In this document: positions 12,317 to 26,201 of the stretch, one piece after another
How the letters are laid out: every line of letters begins with the position of its first letter
Numbering within the stretch: the stretch's first letter is position 1
From: Eledone cirrhosa
Taxonomy: Eukaryota
Assembly (NCBI GenBank): GCA_964016885.1
Contig: OZ024740.1
Location: 441,874,001 to 441,938,000 of the forward strand
Length of the DNA: 64,000 nucleotides
Reading direction: 5' to 3'
Translations under genes and position numbers: made by a program
Notes under the pieces: model-generated
What the model was told of the DNA's origin: nothing
Database searches by the model: none
The model's input: only the letters and a program-made list of their open reading frames with translations

Positions 12317-12887
12317 GGGTTAGAAAATGATTAAAACGAAATGTTTTACTTTGTGTGAAGTGTTAAGGTATTAGTTGATTTATTTATTATTTAACAATGG
12401 CATTTATTTATCTATTTATATATTTAATTATTGTCTATTACCGGTTTCTGCATTTATATGCATTATCAAATGAAAGTGAAATGTATTAGTGTGGTGTCGC
12501 ACATGTTAAAAAGAAGGTGCAGAAAGAATAATGTTATTTACAAACAAGGTTTATGAAGTGAAAAGAAAAAAGAAAAAGGAAAAAAAACGTGCATAATGTG
12601 AAACGTAAAAAGTCAATGTGGAAGAAAAGTTAATGTTATTTACAAGTACAGTCATTGAAGTTAAGCAGTTCAAAATGTGTTAATATCGCAAGAGTGTTTA
12701 GTTGAACCATGGTTCCGTGAAGGAGGCAAATGGTGGACTGTGGTTTGATATGATTTCCCTTTTTTAGAGAGTTAATATGCAGGGGAAAGCAATTCTTGCT
12801 GGGTGATATTTAATTTATTTAAGAAAAAGGATTAGGTAGGGTGTGAGGGAGGTAACTCTTGTAAATGTTTGATGGTTTGTTGCAGTT

Positions 12888-13550
12888 TTAGATGTTTCCG
12901 AATTTCAGGAAATGGAGTACTGGTTGAAATTTATTAATGAAATGTGTTTCCTTATTGGTGCATTGGATGAAAGTAGCGTTGTCTATGAATTTGTAAATGG
13001 GGAAAATTTTAAAGTTTGGAAGTTGGTTGAGAGCACAATTGGCGATATGTTCACTAAATGCAATCTTTCCGTATTCCTGTATTTTATCTGTCCTATATAG
13101 TGCTCTAGACAACCTGAGCTAGTCAAAACATAGATAAGGTTTTCAGGTGCACATGTAAAGTTGTGTTTAACTGTGAAACGTTGTCCTTGTTTAAAATGGA
13201 ATGTTGAACCTTCTATTAGATTTATGCATATGCCACAGTTGGGCCTTCCGCATTTTGTTACTGTAGGGTTTATTGTGAAGGTTTGTTGGATTTTGGCTTT
13301 TGTGAGGATGTTTTTTGTGGATTTAGGTTGTCTTTTGATCTTTATGATGTTGTGTGTTTGGAGGATATTGTTCATTCTTGGGTCTCTTTTTAGTAAAGGA
13401 ATGTTCTAGAGGATGGTATCGAATGCCTCATTGTTGAGGGGGTTGTGTGTGGAGATGTATAGTAGAGTTTTTAGTTGCGGTTCACTCCTGGGTTTGGGTG
13501 TCTGAGTCCCTGGATGTCTAGTTTTAGGGCACGTTGGAATCCATTGGTGA
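12888..13550 (-). pseudogene. Neptune-type Cys-rich linker and GIY-YIG endonuclease (frameshifted)
   Basis: KCGRPNCGIC...FTCAPENLIYVLT.SGCLEHYIGQ...SEHIANC...KETHFINKFQP. Confidence 0.9.
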
Positions 13551-15110
13551 TTAGGGATGGTGGGTAGTTTCTGCTGATAAGTGTGTTTTTAATTCTTCTA
13601 GTCGTGTGTAGCATGTGTATTTATCTGAAACTATTGTGCAGAACCTTCTGGCTAGGTTATAAGTAATTGCCATTTTGGTGTGTCTAGGGTGGCACGAGTT
13701 GAATGGAAGGTATTGTTTGGAGTCTGTGGGTTTGTAGTATATGTCTGTTTCTATTTTGTTGCTTGTTTTCTTGATGAGGATGTCGAGGAAAGGGAGTTGT
13801 TCATGGCTGTAATCCATTGTGAATTGTAAGTTAGTGTTGAGTCCATTCAGAAGGGTTTTGAACTCAAACAGTCTATCTATACTTTCATGCCAGAGGATGA
13901 AGCAGTCGTCCAGATATCTCTTCCAGTTCTTTTCTATGTGTTGGTAGAAGTGGTTGCCGTATTTGTCTAGAACTTTGCGGTAGAGAATGGTTTCCAAATA
14001 TCCCATGACAAGGTTGGCGTATGAGGGGGCCACTTTCGTGCCCATGGCAGTCCCAGATTTCTGTCTGTAGTATTTGGCATTGAATTCTAAGAAATTGTTT
14101 TCCAAGATGAATTTGAGTCCCTCCAACACAAATTCTTTAGGGATGCGCTGTGGAAGTTCACTAGGGAAATTTTCCATCCAGAATTGATTTGCCTCTGTAC
14201 CTAGGTTGTGTGGGATATTGGAATATAAATTGATGACATCAAAGGTTACTAGTTGGGTATGTTCGTTATTGAGTGTTGTTGGGAGGTGGTTGAGCATGTC
14301 AAGGTATGAAGGTATGAAGCTTTTTATATGTTTCAGGAAAGGTTTAAGCAGAATATCTAGGAAGTTGCTTAGGCGATGGGTTTCACATGTGGTGCCTGCT
14401 ATTATGGGTCTTAATTTAAGGTCATCAGGAGGGGCTATATTGATGTAAATGTCTGTGGCTTGCTTGCAGGCCCTGCCTATTACTTCGCTTTTGTGTGTCT
14501 TTGGGATACGGTAGAAGAGGCTGGTTCTGCTTTTGAAATTGGTGATGTAGTTGTATTCCTTGTCTGTAAGGCCTTCTTTGTAAAGGGTTGTTAGAGATTT
14601 TAGGTTTCTCATTATTTTCTGTTGTGTGTAGTGTTGGGCCTTTTCATAATATGTTTGGTTTTCTAGAGTTGAGAGTACTAGAGTCGTGTAGTAATCTGTC
14701 CCCATAAGGACTACTGCACTCCCTTTATCTGCCTCTTTGATTGTTAGGGTTTTGTCGTTTTTTAGACTGTTAAGACCATTCCATTCTTTTTTGCTTAGGT
14801 TTGGTTTTTGTTTATGTCTGTGTAGGTGGTGGTATGAGTAATTAGTAATGTGTTCGCAGAATTGATCGAGGAATTTATTCTTGCCTTTTGGTGAGGTGTA
14901 ATTGCTTCTATTTCTGGCTATTGAGTCATCCTCATTGTATTTGCTGTATAGTTGTTCGCCGAGTCTTAGTTTTCTACAGAATTCTGCAATATCTTCCTTC
15001 ATTTCGGGGTAGTTTGGTTGTTGGGGAGTTGGTGTAAATGTTAGACCTTTGGAGAGTATGTTGATTTGGTCTGTTGTTAATTCTTTGGAGGTTAAATTGA
15101 CAATTTTTAT
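13551..15110 (-). pseudogene. Penelope-like reverse transcriptase
   Basis: IVNLT...LSKGLTFTP (in frame upstream of the ATG at 15002), ADKG, LRPII, FDVINLYSNIPH, GTAMGTKVAPSYANL, RYLDDCF, LPFLD, IYYKPT, SCHP. Confidence 0.95.
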
Positions 15111-15138
15111 TGCATTTTGTGTCTCCTGTGTGTTTGTG

Positions 15139-16738
15139 TTATCTTGTGATCCTGTGTCTGTGTGCTGTGTCTAAAAATGTGATTACGGAAGTTGTGATGG
15201 CTGTTGAAGTTTGGATGTCTCTTCTAGTTATATTGGCCCCTGCTGTTGTTGTTAGATGGTGTGTAGCTGTGGTGGTTGTTGAGTTTAGGTTGTATCGTGT
15301 GGTTGTACTGAGCCCTGCTGATGTTGTTGTAGGGTGTGTAAATTTGAAGGACGTGGTTATAGGGTGTGAATTTGTGGTGGTTGTTGAAGTTGGATTGTAA
15401 CGTGTGGTTGTGTTGAGCTCAGCTGTTGTTGTAGGGTGTGTAGACTTGGTGGTAGTTGTAGTAGGGCTGTCTTGTGTGTTCATATTGAGTCCTATTGTTG
15501 TTGTTATATGGTGTGTAGCTATGGTGGTTGTAGTGGTTAGGGTGTATGGTGTGGTTGTATTTCCCCCTGCTGGTGTTGTTGTAGTAGGGTGTGGTAAGTG
15601 GGGGAGGGTAGATTAGGGTTTCCTTATAGCTGGTGTATGGTTGTGAGGCCCTGTGTGACATGTGTGGTAGTTGTGTATTTTGGGTTCTATGTTGGAAGTA
15701 ATGATGATTGTGGGTTTGTTGTGTGGGGATGTTAGGGGGGTTGTAAGTGTGTGTTGGGGGGTTTATGGTTTCTCCTGGTAGCAGAGAAGTTGTAGTGTCT
15801 ATCTTGTAGCTGATGTTTCTCTATTACTATATCTGTTGTTTGGGAGTCCGTATGGTAGTTGTGTGGAGGATGTAGGAGGTAGGGGCGAGGTGATGCCTTC
15901 TTTTGTTGGTATGTGGGGAGGTATTGTTTTTTTTGTTGTTGTTGGTTGTTGTGTGTTGTTTGGGTGTTGATTGAGTTTTCTTGTTATTATGGTTTTAATG
16001 AAGGGGTTCTTGGATGTGTGTTCTTTTTGGAAAAGTGTTTCATAGTTAGAGAACCAGGTTTCGTTTATTTCCCAGCGTTGAAGGGATTTTAATTCTTCCT
16101 TATTACAGTCCTCTAACCATAATTTTGAAATATTTTCTAGGGTGGTGTCTTTGGTTTTATTGATCATTGCTAGATTAATCTCATCGTCGATTGATTTGAT
16201 CCTATCTTCATTTGCTTGGGCTCTCAATTTAAGGAGTTCAATTTCGGTTTTTATGTTATCAAGTGCCATTCTTTCCCTGAGGTGTCTTTGTGTCTCTGGT
16301 TCGTTTGGGATGGATTTAATTTGTAGTTTTCGGGGGATGATTAATGGGGAAGAGTTAATCCATTTTTCATAGATCTCCGCTTTGTTATTGTTTTGTATCA
16401 TCTTCCAAAAGGAGAATTTCCATGTTATTAAGAGATGTGTACCATTGTGGTATTAATTTGTTTTTTATTTGGTAAGGTGTAAGTGTATTAGTGTCATGTG
16501 TATTGTCGTTCGTTCGAATAGGGTTGGTGTTGTTATTCAGGTGTGTTTTTATTGTTTCACATAAGTTATTGATATTGTCGTTGATTTCATAGAATGTGTA
16601 TTTGGGGATTGTTTCTTCACTTGTAGAGTTTAGTTTGTTGGTGAGTATTGACAAATTAGAGATATTTTTTTGTAGTTCTTGGAATATCTCTTGATTGATG
16701 CTGATGAGAGTAGAGTCTGTTTTTGTTTTAGTGGGCAT
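15139..16738 (-). pseudogene. ORF1 upstream of the PLE RT (coiled-coil-like, low-complexity tail), disrupted
   Basis: MPTKT..TLI.IN.EI.QEL, MIQN.NKAEIYE.W.NS.PL..PRK.QIKSIPNEPE.QR.L.ERMAL..IK.EIELLKLRAQ and the FLDTAHR end are all conserved with 28214-29499. Confidence 0.7.
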
Positions 16739-16911
16739 TTTCTGTCTCGTGTGGGGGTGAATAATAATAATAATAAAATGTGGAGAGAAGGCACACGAGT
16801 TAGGATATATATATATATATATGAAAACAGGGGGAAAGAGACGATTTTTAGGAAGAAAAATATATTTTTCTTTCCTTTTTGTTTTGTCTCTCTCTCGCTT
16901 TTTTCTGGGTT

Positions 16912-16990
<79 letters not shown>

Positions 16991-16992
<2 letters not shown>

Positions 16993-17595
16993 ATATGTGT
17001 TCCTTCACGCACAAGGCGCTAGGTACGCATGTATTGTCCAACCAAATGCCAGTGTGGTTCAATGGCGGGTTAATAAATTAACGAGCCAGAACAAATATAA
17101 ACAAGGTTTAGCAAATAATGAAAAAGTTTCAAAATAAATTTTAAAAAATTAACTTTACCTACTATAGTTACCTTTACCGATCGGTTTCGAATCCCAAAAA
17201 TAAAACGGAGACCATACGGCCTTCGTTGCAAAGAATGATTCTCGTCAGAAGGTTCTTTTCATTCAAAGAATATAAAATTCCTGAATTCAAATCACAGACT
17301 AACGCTATCAAAACTGTTCCCGGGATGAGAGTGGATGATATAGAAACAGGTTTATCAAGGGCCGAAGCAAAGATAGAGGCAGAAGGAGGTAGGTCAAACC
17401 AGCCACGGCTATCGCTAGCAGCAGTCAGAACGACCAAATTTGTTCTCAACATTAGTGGAGGTAGTAGTAATAGGATATGTGTTCCTTCACGCACAAGGCG
17501 CTAGGTACGCATGTATTGTCCAACCAAATGCCAGTGTGGTTCAATGGCGGGTTAATAAATTAACGAGCCAGAACAAATATAAACAAGGTTTAGCA

Positions 17596-17601
<6 letters not shown>
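16991..17601 (-). mobile_element. Non-coding partial-tandem element, family D (482 bp period, 129 bp terminal redundancy)
   Basis: 16991-17119 is repeated at 17473-17601; (TA)n on both sides; internal HHR. Confidence 0.85.
17170..17253 (-). ncRNA. Type I hammerhead, family D
   Basis: ACCTT-CTGACGA-GAATC...GATTC-GAAA-CCGATCGG-TA-AAGGT. Confidence 0.88.
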
Positions 17602-17646
<45 letters not shown>

Positions 17647-17900
17647 CGTATGTGTGTCTATATGTATATATGTGTATGTGTGTATATATATATATATATA
17701 TATGTAGTTTATTATATGAACAGAAAACAGAGAGGCAGTACAAATGATATGGTTTTTAGTTTCACACTATATATATATATATATATGTGTATATATATAT
17801 GTGTGTGTGTGGGTGTGTGTGTGTGTGTGCGTGTGTATATATGTATGTATATGTGTACGTTTGAATGCTTGTATTCGTGTGTATGCATGAGAGCGCGCGC

Positions 17901-17951
<51 letters not shown>

Positions 17952-18105
17952 ATATCATATGAAATAATACAGCCAATTTTCCACACAATACAATTAGTTT
18001 GCACCCCGAACGTTTAATTAGGAATATAATCACTTATTTCCTAATGTTTGTTGAGTGAGTTGGTATTTGGTCGGAGTATCGCTATTAGCTTTCACCGATA
18101 ATGTA

Positions 18106-19696
18106 TTTATATATATATATATATATATATATAATGGAAGATGTCTGTCTGTGTGTGTGTATGATTTTTATGCATTTCCACATTTCTCTACCGATTTTGA
18201 TGATTTGTTTTCCAATGTACTCCAAATTTACCAACGATGATCATCGCGTAATAAACTTTGCCAAACTGTTCCTGCTTCTATGAAAAAATCGATAAAACTA
18301 AATACATGCTGTAACCCTCCCTCTTACACGCTTAATACCTCTCTCTACTACTCTCAACAATCTATGAAACTACATACATGTCGCAACTCTCGTTAAAAGA
18401 GTCATCCCTCCCTCTACTCCCCTCTCAATCTCCTTTGTAACTCTCTTTAAAAGGTTAATGCCTCCCTCTAATACCCTATCACCATTACAGTTTACAACAG
18501 CGACATAAACTTTTAAAACTAAGCAACACATCAATTTATACAACAACAAATATAGCTTTACTCTCTCCGTCGCTCTTCCCTCTCTATATAATAGATTATT
18601 CCCCCTCTCTATAATTTAACTGCTTTACTCTCTTCATGCTTTGATGTTTAACACACCTCCCTATAGTTTCTTAGCTTTACTCTCTCCGTCGCTCTCCCCT
18701 CTCTCTATAATAGATCATTCCCCCTCTCTATAATTTAACTGCTTTACTCTCTCTGTCGCTCTTCACTCTCTATATGACAACACTGTTTTACACACCACCC
18801 TATAGTTTCTTAGCTTTACTCTCTCCATCGCTCTTCCCTCTCTCTATAATAGATTATTCCCCCTCTCTATAATTTAACTGCTGGGGGAGTCATTGGAGTT
18901 CCGTATTGACATACGGCTTTTCTGGGGCATTTTAAATCGGCTTATTGCAAATAACAACCCGCAAAATAACACTTCATATAACAGATTAGTGCTATAGACA
19001 TATGAATTGGAATGTTTAAATTATTTATTTTTTACGACTTTAATTGGTTAACTATTAATATGACAACACCCATAGTGTTGTACTTCGGGCAATTCTGCCG
19101 AATACACTGCCAAGGATGAACCTTTTCCCCTCAGCGTCAGATATCCCATTTGATTTCCGGCGATCCCAATTCCCGGTGAGACCATGTTTTGCCATGTCCA
19201 TTAACAAGTCACAAGGGCAAACATTGTCGGTGGCGGGCATCCATTTGAGGGAGCCATGCTTCTCCCATGGTCAACTTTATGTTGCCTGTTCCCACGTAGG
19301 GAGCAGGAATGGACGTTTTGCTTACACTCCTCAAGGGATGACACGCAATATCGTCTACAAAGAGGTGCTATAGATGTTGGTGCAGGTGTTGGAGGTGTTG
19401 GAGCTATGCTGTCTGGAAAACTATTTCTTGGTAGGGTCACCCATGGCGGACAGATCTGACACCCAGCGGCATCAGGGTCACTATCTTGCAACTTTGGTCT
19501 GCTAAATTCGCTATTGGAAGATTATTAACGCATCATTGATTGTCCAAAATGCTAATTGGTTCGTAACTTTTAATAACCGGTTCAACTGCTTTATGCACTT
19601 AATTGATAAGCTTATGCGCTTTCAAGCCACGTTTACTTGTATGTAACTTTTCATAGCAAATGAACGAACCCGAGCAACGCCGAGTTAAATTGCTAG
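18106..19696 (+). mobile_element. Internally deleted Helitron with Pif1 helicase C-terminal remnant
   Basis: 5' (T)ATATATAATGGAAGATGTCTGTCTGTG end, internal tandem repeats 18550-18880, 3' CCCGAGCAACGCCGAG...CTAG|T. Confidence 0.8.
19085..19373 (+). pseudogene. Helitron Pif1-like helicase fragment
   Basis: PFDFRRSQFPVRPCFAMSINKSQGQTL..AGI.L..PCFSHGQLYVACS.VG...TRNIVYKEVL. Confidence 0.92.
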
Positions 19697-19699
19697 TAT

Positions 19700-20382
19700 A
19701 TATATATATATGTATATGTATATATGCATATATATATATATGTGTGCGTATGTATGTACACATATTTGTATGTATGTATATATATGTGTATATATTTGTA
19801 TATGTGTATGTGTGTATGTACCATTATGTATGTTTGTTGTGTGTGTGCCTGCCTGTATGTGCGTGCGTGTATTTGTGTGTACGTGTGTAAGTGGGCGAGT
19901 GTGTGAATGTAGTTGTCGACACTTGGAATATATATTAAGAGAAACTTCACAATCAGGGGAATCACCCCAACACTTGAATCTGTTGATGGAATCCTTTCTG
20001 CCTTTGTCACCCTTATTCCAGCCTTAAAGAATTAGTTTCTAAAGAATTTCCCTTTTCTTTAAACCATTGAACCCCACCCATCCTGTAGACACCTGTCTTA
20101 CAGCCATTGTTAGTCTAAGTGATAAACTAGGATTGGTATTCCAAATATGATTTTGTTTACAGTATTCTTCCTGCCTACTATGGCTTTAAAGAATTAACTT
20201 TTAATGAACTCCTTCTTCTTTAAATCCTTCAACCAATAACCCCCACCCATCCCAAGCCCACCCTCTCCTACCACCAGTAAAGAAAAGATATAAATACCAC
20301 TACTTACTTGGACAGCCAGCTCCCTGATGATTTCTCACGAATAAAAGGGTTCTAGTCCTGTAGAAGCTCCTCTATATTAAAA

Positions 20383-20385
<3 letters not shown>
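19700..20385 (+). mobile_element. Family A copy with degenerate hammerhead (20318-20368, GAAA changed to AAAA)
   Basis: High identity to 10570-11283 and to the reverse complement of 8785-9500. Confidence 0.75.
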
Positions 20386-20448
<63 letters not shown>

Positions 20449-20559
20449 CATAGAGATATCCACGGTAAGTTGCGGGGTCTAGTCTGCGTGAAGAACTCAA
20501 TGTAATCCATATGTTGAAAATGTTGTAGGTTATAAATCGGAAAACAAAAAACTTATATA

Positions 20560-21489
<930 letters not shown>

Positions 21490-21491
<2 letters not shown>

Positions 21492-22302
21492 TATAAAAAA
21501 AACATGAGAAGAATGAATACTGCGTGGTTGCACATGGGTTACATATGATAAAAATAGTCCTTCATCAGTGATTTTCCAACCTTCATTGGTATTTCATCGC
21601 TTTAAAAATCATATACCTCCAGTTGGTGCGAGCAATAGCTAAATAAAGCTATTGGGACAAGTAAATCGCGTAAAGCGAGTGAGACATGTAAACAAACATA
21701 GAAGGATAGCAACGCAAAGATAGGAAAAACAAGCACATGGGAGTCCGATCAGCTTAAGCTGTGTGGATTTCATGAGCGAGAGACAACAGACCGTGCGACG
21801 CGAGTGAGGTGTGAGCAAGAAAGGACCCCACTTCAGGCCAAACGGGAGGAAGTGAGAAGGGGAGAAGCAGAGAGTGAGTGAGTGGAAGTGCGAGGAAGAG
21901 GCCAGTCGACAGAAAGTGTAACTGACAGAGGGGGCGAAAGAAGGTGAGAGAAACAGAGAGAGGGGGGAAGCAGTAAGAAAGAAATAGACAAACGCAGCTG
22001 GGGAAAATATATATAAAAAACATGAGAAGAATGAATACTGCGTGGTTGCACATGGGTTACATATGATAAAAATAGTCCTTCATCAGTGATTTTCCAACCT
22101 TCATTGGTATTTCATCGCTTTAAAAATCATATACCTCCAGTTGGTGCGAGCAATAGCTTAATAAAGCTATTGGGACAAGTAAATCGCGTAAAGCGAGCGA
22201 CACATGTAAACAAACATAGAAGGATAGCAACGCAAAGATAGGAAAAACAAGCACATGGGAGTCCGATCAGCTTAAGCTGTGTGGATTTCATGAGCGAGAG
22301 AC
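21490..22302. mobile_element. Partial-tandem element, family H (518 bp period, about 290 bp redundancy)
   Basis: 21495-21784 is repeated at 22013-22302; related fragment at 36878-36984. Confidence 0.75.
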
Positions 22303-22303
22303 A

Positions 22304-22901
22304 TTTATAAATTTCCCGTTGGTTGGTTCCACTACCGGACGGTTGTTCATATACTGTCAAAGTTCTTTCGCCACACATTTTGTGACCGCTTCAGAAGCAA
22401 TAAACATAAATGAACTCCAACCAAAATTAAATAGAAAACATGAATGGAATAGCAACATCACAACTTACAATTAAGGACAAACTGAAAACACACACACACA
22501 CATAGAACAAACAACCAACCAGTAACATGTAAATAAACAAATAAATAAACAAATAAAATCACACAGACACCCGGTTGTAATACATGCGCAACTAAGTACA
22601 CAACATACACGAAAACAAGATGGCGTAGGATAGAACAAAGGAGAGGCACAAAACAAAGAAAAGAATCCCCAGTCACTGAAGAGGTCACAGAATGTGTGAC
22701 GAAAGAACTTTGACAATATATGAACAACCCTCCGGTTGTGGAACCAACCAACCAACCGGAAATTTATAAATTCTTAAATTTATAAATTTAATTTATAATA
22801 AATTGGAGTGAAAGTAACTGGTGCGTGTGTTTCTTATTGGCAACATGACCCTCCCAAAGTATAACAATATCGGTTTCAACACACGTTTTCAGATAAAGAA
22901 T

Positions 22902-22903
<2 letters not shown>
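22304..22903 (+). mobile_element. Second family F copy with hammerhead at 22672-22714
   Basis: Duplicates about 20809-21414, including the inversion junction. Confidence 0.85.
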
Positions 22904-22949
<46 letters not shown>

Positions 22950-23003
22950 GTGGGAAAGTAAGAAATCGGAGAATAGACCGTTAAAACATGTTTATTTAAA
23001 ACA

Positions 23004-23043
23004 GCACCTACGTACGTTTCGCCCAATTGGGCTTCTCAAGGGC
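23004..23043 (-). ncRNA. Variant hammerhead (U3-A8) in the 3' region of a Nematis-type PLE
   Basis: GCCC-TTGAGAA-GCCCAATTGGGC-GAAA-CGTACG-TA-GGTGC. Confidence 0.7.
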
Positions 23044-23343
23044 ATAAATAATCAAAAGTGTTCCTTACATTGTTCGGAAAGAGTTTTGGGGGTTAAATCC
23101 ACGTCAAGGTTCATTGCTCGCAAAAATAGCTTGTTTTGATTTTGCAGCAGGTCAAGGGAGGTAACTCTGGCCGGTTTTAGAGCAGTCTTTCCCGGACAAA
23201 TTATCCGCTACGAGATGAGGTTACAACAATACCATTGTCGATACGCATGTAATAAACGCTTATTTTGAGAGTTTTTTTTGCCGCATCTGTTTATCTGAGT
23301 CGTTTGAGGCTGGGTCTGGTATGCAAGGATAGTTTCCTGGGTG

Positions 23344-24366
23344 TTATTTTGCAGCGCCTGCCCGCCGGGGTGTTAAGACTTGTTGCAGGGAGATCCGGTG
23401 CACGGTTTCACTTCTCATCCTTAACCCATCTGAAGAAGGATTTTTTAAGCGATGTGTATAACTTATCGCTGTTTCAGCTCTGCTGTTGATGAGCTCGTGG
23501 GGTGCAGTTATGATGTGGTAGAGCTCCATGAGGCAAAGATCGCATTTCCTCTTGAAGTTGTACGGTGCAGCCCTGCCGACAATCTCCCAGTGCGTGGAGA
23601 AGCTGATGTTTAAGTCCTTTAGTGATGTGATGTAGTCCGCGAGCGAAGTGGAGTGCCTTAGTTTTCTATTTGTGAAAGAGTGAAGATGTGTTCGAAACCT
23701 AATTTTTAACGGGCCGGAGGTAGCCCCTATATAATGTTTAACGCTATTGTGGCTAGTAATAGTGCATCTATATATAACCCTATCAGTCAAGCAGTATCCT
23801 CTAAGGGGGCAGCGTCCTCTGTCGCGGCAGTTGCAATTTCTGTCGCGGTTCCGTCTAGTTCCCACGGTAAGGCTATCATTGTTGCTGCCTACGTTGTTAC
23901 CTACGCTACCGCAGCTGTCGTTAGCACAATTACAACCCACAGCACGCGGGGTGGTGCGATTGTTATTCCGCACGTCATGTCCTGCATATTCCCCAGTCAT
24001 TTCGCGGTTATGCTGGTTGCGTCTGCGGATGCCGTTGCCAACACTATTGGATGCTGCCAGGGAGTTGTTAAGGCCGATATAGTTATTGTCAGGTGTAGGT
24101 GCGTCTGTGTCGAGGTGCTGTGTCTTGGTGATCTTACTGTGGTTCGTTGTTCCTATGATGTCTGCTAGGTTAGGAGTAGTAGAGAAGGATATTTTTATAT
24201 TGTTCCTATTAAGAATTTTTCTATACCTATGGTTGGGCGGGAAGTTCTTCTCTAAGGCTTCGAAGAACATCCGGGGTATGTTGGAGGCCACACTACGAGA
24301 GTAAGGGGGGGACCATAGGACGTTACGGTGGCGATTACGTTGTACGTTTACTACGGGTGGTTCCAT
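23344..24366 (-). pseudogene. Nematis-type PLE C-terminus with GIY-YIG endonuclease
   Basis: RNVLWSPPYS..V..NI...FPP.H.Y.KILNRNNIKISFSTTPN; CNCR...CPL.G.CL...VIY.C...YIGAT...K.RF..H..SF; CDLC..E. Confidence 0.9.
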
Positions 24367-24735
24367 CTAGGTGACCGCTCTTATGTGTGTTAATGCGCCA
24401 GTCGCCCGTTCGGTGCCCCTTTCACTTTATGCTCGGGTGCACTCTTCCTACCTCTTCCATGTTTATGTACAGTAAGATGTTGGTTGGAAGGCGTTGGTAG
24501 TAGGCCGTCGCCTTTGTTGGTTTTGTAATAGGGGAATAGTTCGAGTAATCTACAGTGGTCACCGTCGCCGGGGTCGTGATCTTTAGTGCGGTTATCTATT
24601 CTATTATATCCGACTTCAACGAGGTCACCGCGTGATCGGTTATAGGTATGGCTTACTATAACGTTCGTTTTATGAGGGGGGTGGTTTCTAGAGCTAGCGT
24701 TAGGGATGTAGGAAATTCCTCGGTTAAAGCCGGCG

Positions 24736-24790
<55 letters not shown>

Positions 24791-24793
<3 letters not shown>

Positions 24794-24914
24794 AACAAGT
24801 AAGACCCCGACGGCTGAGCTCAAGACGTTTCGACGGCTAATTCAGTCCACTACCCTAAGTATTGAGTACTTTGGTGCGTTATGGTCCACCTGGTTCCTTA
24901 CCACATTTCCTTCG

Positions 24915-24916
<2 letters not shown>
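24791..24916. mobile_element. Collapsed mini-element, family E
   Basis: Inverted arm plus tail of the 33541-33732 element; forward arm missing; (TA)n on both sides. Confidence 0.75.
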
Positions 24917-24958
<42 letters not shown>

Positions 24959-24963
<5 letters not shown>

Positions 24964-25929
24964 TATTGAAGTTTGCTTGAAGCATTGTGGAATAATAGGT
25001 AAATATCTTTAAGTCGTTTGGAAGCCTCGACAATGCAAATGGGTAAATCTCCGGGTAACAAGATCCGGTGGGGGAGAGAGAGATGTAAGTGGGTGTACGT
25101 TGAGATGTGTGGTGTGTATGAGATGTGTATAAGAATGAAGGAAAGAGTATAAAGGATAAAATTAAAATAACAACACGAGAAAGAGTTACCTTGGGAGAGA
25201 TTTAATTGTCTCTATATATTTCGGATTCACATCCATCAACTGGGGTTTTTTTCCGGGGTGGGGGAAAAGGTTGTCTGTCGGAAAGGTGCGAAACGCGTCC
25301 TCCGCTGTTTGTTGTTTTGAATATCTGAGGTATTCAGCAGAGCGTGCGTGCGCGTGAAATGGGGTCGGTCGGACAGAGGTTAGCGGCCGAATGTGGGAGT
25401 GGGGTGGCGCTGGCTGTCAGTCCATTCTCTGCCTGTTTGTTAAATGTTACTGTGTGTGTACGTGCGTGTGTTGTTGTCTCGGTTGAGTGTGTGTGTGCGT
25501 GTGTTGTTGCCTTGTTCCTCTGTATTGGCAGTGTAGTATGTTCGTATGGTGGAATGATACTGTGTGTGTGTGCGTGTGCGTGTGTAGTTGACTCGTTTGT
25601 GTGTGTGTGTGCGTGTGTTGCTGTATCGTTTGTTAACTTAAACCAGCTACCTCATTTCGCTTCTCTCGGATCGATTGTTTATTTGCGGTGCCAGACGTTT
25701 GATAAAAAGCGCTTCCTTGATACGTAACGTGCCGACGTTTCTTTCAGTCGCTAGAATTGTGACAATGGGCCTTCCGTCTTTGTTTCCGCATTTGTCTATG
25801 TGTTTCCGGAAAGGCGAGGCCCTAGTTTTAGTGTGTTCCTTTCATCTCTCTCTCCACCACCGGATCTTGTTACCCGGAGATTTACCCATTTGCATTGTCG
25901 AGGCTTCCAAACGACTTAAAGATATTTAC
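24959..25929. mobile_element. (TA)n-bounded element with about 85 bp inverted terminal arms (family I)
   Basis: About 24998-25084 is inverted at 25844-25929, with an extra tail on the left. Confidence 0.75.
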
Positions 25930-25974
<45 letters not shown>

Positions 25975-26065
25975 ATATATATATATATATATAATTTATA
26001 TATATATATAAATTAATATAAATAATGAATAAAATCAAAGAAACAGTTCCTTATATTAAAAAATT

Positions 26066-26201
26066 CATCATTTTACGATCGTTTCTAGGATATATATGTG
26101 TGTGTTGGTATGTGTATCATATAAATCTATGTAAAAATTTTACAAACTATCAGAGGAAATATACATACCTACACATATATATGCTGTCTTCAGAAATAAT
26201 G
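26066..26201 (-). ncRNA. Type I hammerhead with long stem II, family J
   Basis: CATTATTT-CTGAAGA-(cAGcATATATATGTGT...ACACATATATATcCTa)-GAAA-CGATCG-TA-AAATGATG. Lies in a block (26020-26590) homologous to 33760-34540. Confidence 0.82.

Larger units (their letters stand above)
12201..16914 (-). mobile_element. Near full-length Neptune-type Penelope-like retroelement (copy 1) with partial direct pseudo-LTRs
   Basis: ORF1, RT and GIY-YIG domains; 12201-12325 is repeated at 16821-16914; flanked by (TA)n. Confidence 0.88.

Noticed and set aside
15139-15483. Thr-rich mucin-like ORF
   Set aside because: Most likely an alternative frame of the repetitive PLE ORF1 tail.
17174-17504. 90-106 aa ORFs on both strands in family D
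   Set aside because: No recognisable motif; length is compatible with chance in a more GC-balanced stretch.
21555-21600. Hammerhead in family H (minus strand CTGATGA; CTGACGA in the 36950 copy)
   Set aside because: No correctly placed GAAA, stem III or NUH downstream; cannot be folded convincingly.
25205-25305. Hammerhead halves in family I (GAAATATATA on minus; GAAACGCGTC on plus)
   Set aside because: The matching CUGANGA core and stem I are missing or degenerate.
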